Origin: Lingula anatina
Lineage: Eukaryota; Animalia; Brachiopoda
Length of the DNA stretch: 64,000 bases
Reading direction: 5' to 3'
NCBI GenBank assembly: GCA_051362555.1
Contig: CM120644.1
Span: forward strand, 12,050,567-12,114,566
The position numbers and the translations under genes were made by a program. Every line of letters begins with the position of its first letter. Position 1 is the stretch's first letter. Positions 1 through 12,200 of this stretch are shown in pieces. The notes beneath the pieces were generated by a model that saw nothing but the letters and a program-made list of their open reading frames with translations, was not told the DNA's origin and made no database searches.

Positions 1-98
1 GTGAGAACGTTTTCCTAAAATGACCTAGATTGAACTTGAATGTAGCATGATCTCAATGACAAGTTTTAAAATAATTCACATATTTCATTTTCTTAAAG

Positions 99-753
99 GA
101 TCACTCTGCAATGGATGCTTACCCTGTGACCACTGTTGAAATAGACAGAGAAACGGTGAGTATTATGCTGTCCTTTTTTGTACTGATTTTGATATCTTTA
201 CCAAAGGTACAAATTAAACTGTTTACAATGAATTTAACCAACATTACATGGTAGAATAATGTAAGTTGAGATGTAAGTATATATAAATCAAGATGAAAGC
301 AGACTTTTATCATCATTTTCAGAGAGTGTCAGATCTGAAGGCAGTGATAATGTCAGCGTTCACAATCAGCTCTGTACCTGGTGGGGGAAGACTAAGGGTG
401 GAGGATTCAAACTTGGGGCTCAGGCCTCCCTGTAAGTTTGATTTTATTGTCCTTGAAGGACACCAGATCTTCTGGTCCAAGTATAGATGAATGTGTTCTG
501 GGACTATACATGAAGGCGGATATTTGGGTGTTGTATATATATCCTGTGCATGTAACAGTTACTGTATGTGTTTGTTATCTTTCAGTACATGAAGAACAGG
601 ATGTGGTCACAGCTGGGTTGAAAAGTGGTCAACTTGTGGTCATACAGCCAGGCAGTCCACCTCTCACTGACCAGGTGATTATCACAAGCCAGGGCATGGT
701 TTATGATAACATGATAATATAGTGTTGTTTGAAAGCTACATTGATATAACAGT

Positions 754-808
<55 letters not shown>

Positions 809-3800
809 GTTACGGTTTTCAATAATATAAGAGATTCTTTTAATATAGTTGTATTTGATATGGCTGTTTCATGATAATCTGTGACAGGAATCAGAATTCT
901 CCTTCAGTGTAAGAACCATGTAAAACTGTGCGTTTGACCTTCAGATGACCTTGACCTTCACCCCAGGAAGCCCTTCAGATGACCTTCAAGACTTGGAAAT
1001 TATGTTGAGAAAATCTTGCACAGTCCAGCAGTGCATGGAAGAGATGGTACAAAAAGCAGGGTTTTCTGGTAGGTTGGAGTAGCAATGCAACATAACACCT
1101 GCAGTATGTGGATTCTGAAATAATTAATTGCTTGATAGATGCAAAAAGGTTTTTTTTTTCAGTTAGATTAAAAGCATTGAGTTTTCTGTGCAAATGTTTT
1201 AGTACTCTTTATTGAACCAGATTACACTAGTGCAGTTGAAAGGCTATTACAAAGCCTGCTTGGAAAATGCATAAAAGCAAGGAAAAATCATAATTCCAAT
1301 TCAACTCAATCATTGTTGTGTCAGTTAATAGTATCTTTAATCAGAGAGCTGCGTCTAAGCATACTTTATCAATCATTAATGAAGGATGTTGTATAGTCTA
1401 AAGGATCAATTTCATTGCTTGCCAGGTTTTTCAAATTACTTAACCTAATAAGTGATCTGTTATGATTGTTTAGATGTATTTTCCCAGTGGATTATTCATC
1501 AGTTCTTCCAAAGTCAGGTGTGTATCTCTTCAGGTGATAATTGGCATTTACGCAAGACTAATTGGTGCGGGGAGGCCGGGGAGATACTGGACGATGTGGC
1601 ATCCAGTCTGGAACAGTGCGATATAAAAGATGGCGACCATCTTTTGTTGGAGGAGGGAAGGGTGCCTCCAAAAGTAAGTTATTCATATTTATAATTTTAT
1701 TGAAGAGGTCAAAGTTGGGTTCATAAGATGAGGCAAATGGAGTTAAGTGTAATACTAATAGAGTAATGACCTAAGGGTTCATATTACAGAATCTACAAAA
1801 GAAAAGTAACGAAAAGTTAATGTTGTACGTTTGCCGTACACAAGATCTTTAATTGTCATTAGGTTGAGTTAGGTTAGAAAAAATGATTGGTTTATTGCTG
1901 AAAAAAGCAACAAATAATATTCCCTTACATTGAAATATTCACCTGTGACAGACAACCTGGATGTCCCTTTGACAATCAAATTATTAGCTTAGGTAACTTT
2001 GTCAAGGGCCATACTTCTTAGATAGATCATATGGACATATGTTAACCTTACTTTTATATTTAATTTCAGGGTTATCTCCAGCTTCCAGTGTATTTTCTTA
2101 AAACAAACAAAGATAGGAATGAGGGTATGCTCTCATGGATAGCCACTGGTATATCAGGTGAGGCAAAACTGAAATAAAGCACTCCTGGGGTGTGAATATA
2201 TCCAAAATTGTGAGATTTTTCATGAAATATTTTTACCATTATTTATTGACTCAAAAGAAAATCTAATAGCATGGTTGTAGCTAGATCAGTGTTTCCACTC
2301 TGCAAGTGTTATTGCTGGGCCACTTTAAAGATGACAGCACAATACATGTGGCAAATTTTATAGACAGAATGACCTTAGTGTAGTAGAAATGGTGGGGAAC
2401 ATTTTCCAATATGGAGAATTTATTTACAAGATTGGTCTGCCCAGGCAACTCTTGTATCCAATGTACCATATTTCAATTTCCAAAAGTGAAATTAACTTCA
2501 GGACCAGTTCATCTCTAGTGAGTGCAAAATATTTTGATATTATAATTGGAAGATTTAAACAAAATTTCATCAACTTTCGGTTATTGTCCATTGTTTGTTT
2601 TCTCTCTTTTATAAGGACTTTTTGGTGGTGGCTCTGGTGATAACAGTGATCTCAGTAGTAGTAGTAGTAGTACACCAGCTCAGGCAGAGTTCACATCTAT
2701 AGGAGAAGTGATTATAGGAAAGAAAGACACCCTCGAGGAACTAAAGCTACAGATATTGAGTCTTCCTGCTTTAAATGATGCTGTGGTGCCTACTTTGAAT
2801 TACATGCGTGTCCGGCTTAAAGTGAAGGATAGGCTGACTGCTGTGTTAAGGGGAAATCAACAGACATTGCAGTAAGTGGGAGTTGGTTATAATTTTGATA
2901 ATTTCATTAAGAATTGACGTAATTTAATAACACCATTACATAGTGAAGAATATTTAGTACAATGAGTTAAATAGCATACAACATTTTGTGGCAAAAAAAT
3001 GTGCAATTTAATGCAAAATTATGTATATTGATTGAATTTTCAATTAATATTTCTATCAATTCTTGCTCAGACGTCTGAAGGTGACCAGTGCAAGTCAGCT
3101 GTGTGTGCAATTACTTCAGGAAGAAGAGAGTCTCAGGTAACTTTACCCTTACTATCTAATTATATTAACACTATTTCAAGTTAAAACAGAATTCAAGATG
3201 TTCAAGAACATGTTTGCCTTTGAATTTTGTTAACTGAATTTTTTTAATTGGAATCTGTAGTTCAAAAAGTAGGGGATAGACTAGGGCTGCTGGTTTCCTA
3301 CAAAGATTAGTCAGTCTATAACAGTTATAAACATTTGAAATTGTATATGAAAAGTTTTCCTGAAGATTTAAAGTTTCAATATGCTGCTTTATTTTTCCAG
3401 TCCCAGTCAAATTCTACTCCACGTGTGTCAACGTATCCCAGAGTCCCTCACCTACGCACCATACCAAGAAATTCTTTGGGATGCCGCAAGAGATGCAAGT
3501 CCATATGCGTTAAGGCAAACTATAGCAGATGCATTCCTGGTCCCTGTGGAGAGGATAGTGATAGCTAAGCATTTTCCTGAGAAGTTTGAATGGATGGTCC
3601 TCAAAGACACTGACAAGGCTGTAAGGGTGCCAAATTTTGTTACTTTTTTCAATGTTATCAGCAGCATTTGTGAAAAAAAGGGGGTGGGATTAATTAACTT
3701 TACTTTAAGTTAACTTTTCTTGTTCACTCTTTAAGCATTTCAGTATCCTAAAAAAGTTGATGTATTGAAATACATGTAGATAGCATAATCATTGTAATGT

Positions 3801-4399
3801 TCTTATAAAGTTTAGCAAGATTATTAGAATCACTAATCTTTAATTAATTCAAGATGTTTTTTTTTTTTTTTATGTTCTGCTGTTAACTTTTTAGAACAAG
3901 ACCATTAAACATCGAGGGAAAAAAGGCAGAGGCAGTAACAGTCCAAAGAAGGACAATCTGAGACAGGCCCCGTATCATTTGAAAGATGGCGATGTCATTG
4001 GAGTGAAGGATTTGGCCATGGACCCATTGGACCAGGATGACTTCAAAACTGAAGAAGATTTCATAGGACTGGAAAATTTAAGACAAGCCATAGAGGAAAA
4101 GAAAAGGAGGTGAGAAATATAAAATCGATTTTTAATATGTTTGTTCTTTCTTTAGCCCTCTTCCCATGGAAGGGTATACTTTTTAAGATGAACAGTATGT
4201 TTTTCAGTTAAAACTGACGCTGTGAGAGATTGATGAATTTAATAGCCTGGCAATTACATGGATGGAAAGGTATGACCTAGGACAAATTTTTTTCTGTTTC
4301 AGGAGAAAAAACAGAGCAGTAACAGGGGCAGCGGATGGCTGCACTGTCCAGAGAAGGCCGGAGGTTGGCTTGACCATAAAAGTGGACAGTTTTCGGTGA
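99..4399 (+). CDS. USP40: Ubiquitin carboxyl-terminal hydrolase 40-like, 3' part (5' end lies outside the window)
   Basis: Phase-consistent GT-AG exons 99-155, 323-431, 586-674, 945-1068, 1534-1673, 2070-2157, 2616-2871, 3071-3136, 3401-3620, 3895-4109, 4303-4399 (TGA 4397-4399). Peptides WHLRKTNWCGEAGE..DGDHLLLEEGRVPPKGYLQLPV, IAKHFPEKFEW, LRQAPYHLKDGDVIGVK and C-terminal PEVGLTIKVDSFR* match my recollection of vertebrate USP40 (WHLRKMDWCYEAGE, APYYLKDGDTIGVK, PETSLSIHVGSFR*). Confidence 0.9.
757..806. repeat. Poly(T) tract, about 50 nt, in a USP40 intron
   Basis: Uninterrupted T run visible in the sequence. Confidence 0.9.
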
Positions 4400-5402
4400 T
4401 CTTAGAGCTATCACTATGTGGTACTACACATAAAAATAAAAGGTCATGTGATTGTGAAGGTCAGACTGGATTGACCTTCAAATGTCAGAAAGTTATTTTT
4501 TACTATAAATTTGACCTTCAAAGAGAATTTCAAGATTATACTGGACATATCCTCAGGTAAAAGCCAGATTGTTCTTCATAGGCAAAGGTGAATAGGCCAC
4601 GGTGGATGCCTCTTGACTTTGATTTTAAGCAGAAAATAAGTACCACATTTACCATTGAATTGTGTCAATGTGGATTGACCGTCATACTGCAGGTAAAGGT
4701 CACATTTAAATTGAGGGTGAAGGTCATAGTTTTGTCCTTAGCCTAGGAGGAAGGTCGCAGAGGAAGTGAGCTGTGTAAAGATAATTACTTGTCCCTTCCT
4801 CTGGGGAATTTTTGTCAGTCATTCATTATTGTCTTCTTGTGAATGCATTGAAAATGGACATGCTGATTTGTAGCTGTGAATTGTCTTGATAAAAGAGGGG
4901 CTCATTTTCATATTAAGAGGACTTTGTTTCTGAAGAAAGGAAGCTATACGAGGTGTGTCTGAAAGTAATGGGATTGGTGCCACAATTATTTCATTAAAAT
5001 TCCAAACAACAACCTTCATGCTTTCCTCTTCAAAGTAATTCTTTTCACATTTTATGCTCTTTAATTTACTTTTTTAATTCCACGCTTCTGTGTACAACTT
5101 TCCTGTTGATAAATTTCTTAACAAGAGGCTGGGGGGGGGGGAGAGAGAGAGAGAGAGAGTGACACAGAGCAACTTTGTCTCATGAAGCTTGTGTAACGCG
5201 TGATGCAATTCATTTATCTAAGTCCTTTACTGGAGAGAAATATTACTTATGTGAATGTTCATGAGTGCAATATAAAATTATTTTGTCACATAGGGTAAAA
5301 TAATAGCCCATATTGATGTATGAGCTGCTTTAAACTTAATATATTTTCACTTGAAAAGTTTGTTACATAAAAAACTATTTTATGTGAAATCTTGTTTCAG
5401 TA

Positions 5403-5408
5403 AATAAA
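5403..5408 (+). terminator. Probable USP40 polyadenylation signal
   Basis: AATAAA about 1 kb after the stop codon, followed by a GT-rich tract (cagtgtgtgtc) and then a shift to CpG-richer intergenic DNA. Confidence 0.55.
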
Positions 5409-5513
5409 CATGTATTCAGTGTGTGTCATTATATTTCTTTTAAAAACTTGATAAAACTTAATTCCAATATCACTGGGTTTTGGACAAACTGAAGTATAAA
5501 TTTCCCCTGTGAA

Positions 5514-5733
5514 AATTTGTCTCATTTAAAGCCCACTTACGATTCTCAATCTGTCCTGTTTTTCTCTTTTAATGAGAAATGTGCTTAATCTGTACTTGGA
5601 CATTCTGAAGGACTTCCCAGGACTTTCCGAACTGTTACATTCATTACAGAACAACATAAGAACTGTAAAAAAAATACACGAGATGTTCTAGAATAGATTG
5701 AGAACCGTAAGTGAACGTTAAATGAGACAAATT
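5514..5733. mobile_element. MITE-like element with about 45-bp imperfect terminal inverted repeats
   Basis: Left end aatttgtctcatttaaagcccacttacgattctcaatct; reverse complement of right end aatttgtctcatttaacgttcacttacggttctcaatct. Confidence 0.7.
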
Positions 5734-7249
5734 ATTGCAATGGTTATTTTAATATATTCATATTAAAAAAAAATGGCTAAACCTCCATCTAGATATGTCG
5801 GCGTTAATTTTTTAAAACAAATGGTTCATGTTGAGAAATAATTTTGATATTTTGTAGAAACAAATTAATCTGAGCTTTTTAGAATAGCACTGACGTTTGC
5901 GTACCATTTGTTAATCGGTCCCGATGTTGGCTATGAAAACGGAAAAGGGTCCAACCTGCAACTCTGTAGGCCTATGGTGCTGCCACTCCGTGCACACCGT
6001 TTTTTGCCAGCCAAGCAGCCGTCAGTTATCCCTAAGAAATAAGGAAGTAAATAATAGATGAGTTGTAAATATTACTATTAGCAGCGATATCGATGTGCCT
6101 GTGGGTGAAGTATTCAAGAGAATTTCCGAAATAGTAGGCTATGGTTTAACGTCAAGGGAAATGTATTTTGGTAGCGTAATCTCATCTTGGTCCCTTTTCA
6201 CCAATAATGAGCTTGTTTCATTTTTACGGGAAAAATGAGCATATCTCAACTTCTGAAATGATCAAATTTTGAAGTGCTGAGTCGCACGCTTTTTTTTTTT
6301 TTTTTTTTTAGTTTTTGGTTATTGCTTAGCAGTAGGCCTACATAACCAAACCCAGGATCCAACAATTTGTCCCAACTTGGCAAGCCTCTCGTCTAAAATG
6401 TAGGCCTATCCCGAGTTCCAGAAAATTATAATCGAAAGTGGGTTTCCCTGCTCTAGCTACCTGTGGTTTCCGTCACCGATTCAGCAGCAAGATGCGCTAG
6501 AATTGGGATGATAACGCAGGAGAGTTCCCCATTGAATCTGAAACTCAAGGTTCTAACATCGTTTACAGTTCCACAATTTGTTCTCATTTTTGCCTTTCAC
6601 ATTTAGAAACAAAAGAGTTTAGCGTTTGCGGAGATATTCAGGTGTCGCGTAGGCCTATTCTGTGGCCGTGGTTGATATTTTTTAACTGAAGTCTAAATCT
6701 GAAACGCGGTTCGGAGCACCCATTGATTAATATGAACAAGGTGGAACTTTGGTTAGCCACAGAATTTTTTTCGTCATCTCTCACCATATAGAGCTCCCAT
6801 GCCTGTCCAAGTATTTAAGTTACTTTTAGCTCACGTAAGATTATAGCTAACAGTAACATTAAAAACCCGAAGAAGATAAAAATAAATAAATGAAAAAATA
6901 AGATTACAGGATCGCAACAGAAACCCCCCCCCCCCCCAAAAAAAAAGCGCTAGTATTCTTGAGTGAATAATGTTTACGAAGGCCTAGAGCAAGAACTCAT
7001 TCTTGTCCCACATTTCCTCGACCACAAACGCTAGAAAATACACTACATCTCTCATCCCGTAGGCCTTATATTATTCTGTCGGTTGTTTGTGCCTCTGTTT
7101 TTATCCATAATTAGCAAACCCTCATTTGTGTCTTTAAAAGTGTTTTTCACAGCTTTCTTAAATTTGTCATGTCAGAAAATACCCCCGTGCAATAAATATG
7201 AGAAAAGTTGTGCTGTGGGTCTTATAGATCGAGGCCTATAGCCTAATCA

Positions 7250-7550
7250 GAGGGTCCCATGGGGAAAGGGGAGGAAGGGAGCGATCATGCACCGTTCACG
7301 GAAAATAAAATCATCAATTAACAAATAAACCTATTCATATCTCATTGTAATAGCAGGAAATACGAGTTGAAGATCAAGAATCCCTGAATATTATGACTTC
7401 GTTTCACGCATGACGAAGAACAATTTTAAAGCATTCACGACTCACGGAATGGGTTCTTCAAGGATCACGCTAAATAATATGAACGTTTCACGAATGTCGG
7501 GGGGAAAATAGTGACTTTCAAGGGCAATGAAAAAACCAAATGGGACCCTC
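7250..7550. mobile_element. 301-bp MITE with 11-bp TIR and 6-bp TSD
   Basis: GAGGGTCCCAT...ATGGGACCCTC flanked by TAATCA on both sides (7244-7249, 7551-7556); repeated internal TCACG motifs. Confidence 0.8.
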
Positions 7551-8439
7551 TAATCATACAGGCAATGAAAACTCTTCAAGATGTGATCACTTATTATTAC
7601 GTAGGCCTACATATCTTTAAAAATTGTCGAGAGACTCTCAGCTTCGGTCTATGGGTCTGTTGATTATGCCCACTGGGTTATGTTCAAAGAATCTATAAAT
7701 TAAGGGTCTATAAAAGGTACACGTACCAATTTGCAATGTCCTTTCTTTACTCGCTTCGCTGTCATTAAATATCAAATAACTGAGATGAACATAAATCACA
7801 CTATCTGAAATATAATTATTTTAGAAAGCGGGATGTAACAAGGGATTCATGTCTACGGTATTTGTAACAAGTTTAGAGCGAAAAGAACGCCCCACCTTTA
7901 ACCTTATTTTTATTAAGTCCTTCCATATTATATAGAATTGACATCGAAGTCATACACATACACACAAAACATGAGTATGTATTATTGTTATTTTTTATTG
8001 TTATTAATAATACTAATATTAAAAATGTAACATAAAAAGCACCTAAAAAGATACAATGTAGACTCTACATTGTAACCGAGGAGTAAGTCGGTGAGGTTGG
8101 AGGGGAAACAGTCTGTAAGCCCTTGACATTCTTTCAAATTTTTCAGCGTTGAAATGCCAAGTGGACTTTGTTGTGATTGAATAAACCAGACAGTAACTAT
8201 TATTTCACTAGCAATCGTCATCTACAAACAAATGAAAGAACTTTAGATTCGTCTGCAGTCTTGAAGTCCGACCCTTACCACGTGTGTGTGAGCTATGGCA
8301 GGCGAGCTCATCGTGTGGAGGATATTGTATCATATTACAAACCGACTGAAAATAACAAAGTCTAATATATGCCAAAATACTGGTATTGAAAGTTGAAAAA
8401 CAGATTGTCTGACGTTTGTCAATAAATAAGAGTCTTGTT

Positions 8440-9200
8440 ATTGACATTTTATGCGTAAATTTTTATAATTTTAATAGTCTGACGCCCCTTTTAGGAAAAT
8501 GAAGACGTCTGAAGTCTTCATCCGCGACCAAATTGTCTCGTGATATCCTTCCGCGATAGTGAAGAAGTTCGAATTGTCTCCCCTCGGAGAAGCCTAGGGA
8601 GAAGATACTTTGGAATATATTGTAAAACCTGTTTCTCTACTGACCTATATAATCTGACAGAAATGATGCACAAGTTATACGTTGGTAACTTAAGTCGAGA
8701 GGTGAGTGAGAGAACACTGAGAACGCTGTTCGAAGACCAGGGACTCGGCGTGACAGACATACTGGTGAAGAACAAGCCACAGAGCTGCTACGCGTTTGTT
8801 GACTGTCCGGACCAAACAACCGTCGACAAAGCAATTGATAGCCTAAACGGTAAGACATCATCCATTAGCACACTGTGTTGCATTCAGTTGTATTTTCATT
8901 GGGAATTTCGGCAAATTGCACCCAGTTCTCTCTCTGATTATATTCAACATGGCCGGCCTCCACGAGGCAAAGCACTGTGCGAGTTTGCGGTCGCGTTCCA
9001 AAATGCAAGACTAGATCAGCCCCAGCATAACGTCACGTCCGTGCAGATTCCGTGCATTTTGCTGATAATTTGCTTAGGGGTGGAGCAATACGCGATAGAC
9101 GTATTCTTTATGGAGTAAACAGTAGACAAATGTTGGAGTAAAATCACGGGCAAGACGCCAGGTTTCATTCATAAAAATGGCCGGCATGCCACATGGCTAG
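8440..9200 (+). promoter_or_regulatory. CpG-rich promoter/first-exon region of IGF2BP
   Basis: CpG density is visibly higher than in the surrounding gene bodies and spans exon 1; YY1-like AANATGGCCG motifs near 8947 and 9175. Confidence 0.55.
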
Positions 9201-12200
9201 GTCATAGTGGAAGGTCAGTTGAACAGTGCAGTGTAAAGTCAGCATTTGACACTTGCAGAGTGGTGTTAAGTATCGATTGGAAAGAGCTTAAGTCTAGATA
9301 ATGAAGTACTGAATAGATCGCCCAACTGTCAGTTAGACAAATGTCTGTGCAAGCTAAACAAGCCAAAGTATCTACAGTGCCCAGGCCAAGGTAGATATCT
9401 GTAATGCCTGACCAAGGTCTCAAATATTCAGTCACCCACAGAAATACCTGTGCAGTTTCATTTAGAGCCTTGTATTTTATTTTGATTATTTGATAGATAA
9501 ATTCCTTAATATTAGTCAACCGCATATCAACTGACATCATATTTCAAAGATTTGGAAATGTTACTTTATACTTGAGTGTCTTATGACAAGATGGATCATG
9601 GATACCACATTTACAAAAAGTATTTTGTTTCAAGGCCTTGTTGGTAGACATTTATATTATCATATGCTATAACAGTGGCAACTATCAAACTATCAATGCA
9701 TCTGGCAACTAAAGTGTGTCAGGATGTGCATAAAATAAGCACCGCCCACATTCAGATTGGCAATTAAAATGTTAGACATCCTATCTTTCCTTCCAATGAA
9801 AATTATTGATTGGTTTATTGCTGACAAGCATGGGGTGTTAGATGATCCAGAATGCAGAAAAAACTAATTTTTAGCAAAGATAGGATCCCTGTCGTATGTT
9901 GCATGCAGCATAAATTTAAATAGTTCCAGTCTAGTTAAAATTAATTAAATTAGGAGCAGCGACCTTTACCTCAGTTATATGGATTTACAAAAATGTGAAA
10001 GATTGTTGCCAGACCAGGTTACCTAAAATGACTGTATTATATGGGTCTATTGACTCAAATTTACTGGCCCACTGGGGGGAAAAAATGAATCTTGGGTGGA
10101 AGTCCTCTTCAAATTTGAACAGAGATTTAATATTTTTTTAGTATTTTATGGAGGGGGGGGGGAACAAAGTGTTTTTTTTTGTAAGGGATGGTTAGATTGT
10201 AGATTGTATTTTATGACAACCTGTCTAGGGACCAGATCGTCACTAATACTCTAAACTGATAGTGAATTTTAAATTACAATGCAAACCTGGCATGACCCCT
10301 GGTTGCACACATTGGTGGTTTTACTATCAGAGTGGCACGGCGAGATCACATGGTGCCACTTGCACAAGCTGTGCCTTCTTGGCATCTACCCACACACACA
10401 CATAGACTGCCAAGTTAGTAGGTGAAGATTGTAATAAACTAATGCAATATTGGTAGATCTAGGCACAGGTGAAAAAAGGGGTAGCACGTATATTAATATT
10501 TTTTTGCAGTTAAAAGAACATTTACAAGAGAATTCTAAAGTATATTTCACATTCACTGTGACAGTACTGTTATGTAATTGAAGGCAACTTTAAGCTACAG
10601 TTTTGACTAAATCATATGTAGATGTAATTTCAAAAAGTAGAATGCAAAATTGTTATGTCTTGGCCAGGCAAGAGCAGTCTCCTGTATAATCCAACTACCT
10701 GCTCACAGGACTAAGAATTTAATCTTGGTATAATAAAGCAGGTTTGTGCAAATGGCCCACTGCCTTCAGATAGTCTGAAAGCAGTTTTTAGTCCACCCTG
10801 TGCTGCAAAGGCTTTTGCGGCCTTGGGCTGCTGAAGCGCACATATTGAAGTCTATGGGGACTGATCTTCTGTTCATTAATATCAATAAACTTTGTGGACT
10901 GGAGCTCCCCATGTGTGGTGGTTTTTGACTAAAAGACCCCTATGTCACGTGATAGCCAGGGGTTGGAATAACAGTATTCCCCTGTTGTCTAACAAAGCTG
11001 AGAGAGTGCACCGTGAGTGAACAAAAGCGGAGAGTGACCCTATTCATAGAGAGGAATTTCACAACGGAAATGCAAAATGAAAACCACAAGCCCCACATGG
11101 TGGCTTGAGCAACATACTTTATGCTGAAGTGTTTGTATTGAAGCATTTGCTTAAATTTAATGTTGAGAAACTATTTCTTTTTCAGTTGTGGATGCTAGAC
11201 ACATTGAACTCTATTTATCTTTTTTTTTTTCTATTTATTCATGTAATGAAAAATGCAGTTAAATAGAAATGTTGCTGTACACAATATGAATAATATATCA
11301 TCTTTTCTATTGTATCTTTTTTTCAAATCAGAACATGAAGTGAGAGAGAAAAAAATACCAATTGCAGTGTGAATTTAATGAAAACTGAAAGTTGAGGGGT
11401 ATTATCTTGAAGGGAAGGGTTACTAGGCTTGAAATAGCATAGCCTTGTCATGAAGAGATAAGAATATAGCTGATTAAATATCTGATATAGGGTGAGTGTC
11501 ACCAGAACAGAGATAAATACAGATTTCTCACAGGTAGTTGAAGGTATTGTTCTAGCAGTATATTTAAAATTTTTCCACATAATTTTAACTCTTTCTTTGT
11601 TATCCCTCTGGTTGACTTAGTCCTGGGGCCTTTCTCCAACGAACCTACCATCTTTCATTTCCCTTACTGTGGTGTGTATATGTCAGTAGCAGCTGTAAGA
11701 GGTTCATATCCATTACTGATGAAAGCTTACAATATGGAAATTGCAGTTTGAACATGATAGATAACAGACTTGGAAGCCACAAATAGAATGTTTGGGTTCA
11801 CTGCTTCCAAGCCAGGTAGCCAACCTTACACTTGCATTTTCTCAGATCTGGGGGCGGGCCTGAATGAAGCACACTTTCTACCAATGGCAGCTGAAATTCT
11901 TTGAAACGGGCAATCTGAAAGAAATGGTTGTGCAATAGCGTAATATGTGTCATTATCATACAGTGGACTTCAGAGTGATATTGACACAGAGAGGAAATGA
12001 GTATATCCATTGAAAGAGATATCTAATCATTTTTCTCTGGGTGATTGAACTCTTTGACTGATCTGTAGGGAATAGGATGGGTTCCATTGGGACGTTAAGA
12101 TAGGTTTGCATGCTCTTCTTTCTGGGAAACAAGGTTGATGTGATCAGGCAGTCCTGTTTTATATTTCACAGATGTGGTTATAATGGTCCATAACTTGTTT

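Noticed and set aside
4397-4480. TGA plus downstream hairpin as selenocysteine read-through
   Set aside because: The TGA falls at the conserved USP40 C-terminus (..SFR*) and the hairpin lacks a SECIS core.
8540-9118. 192-aa ORF as a single-exon gene
   Set aside because: Only 8663-8849 encodes RRM1; the rest is 5' UTR and read-through past the G|gtaag donor.
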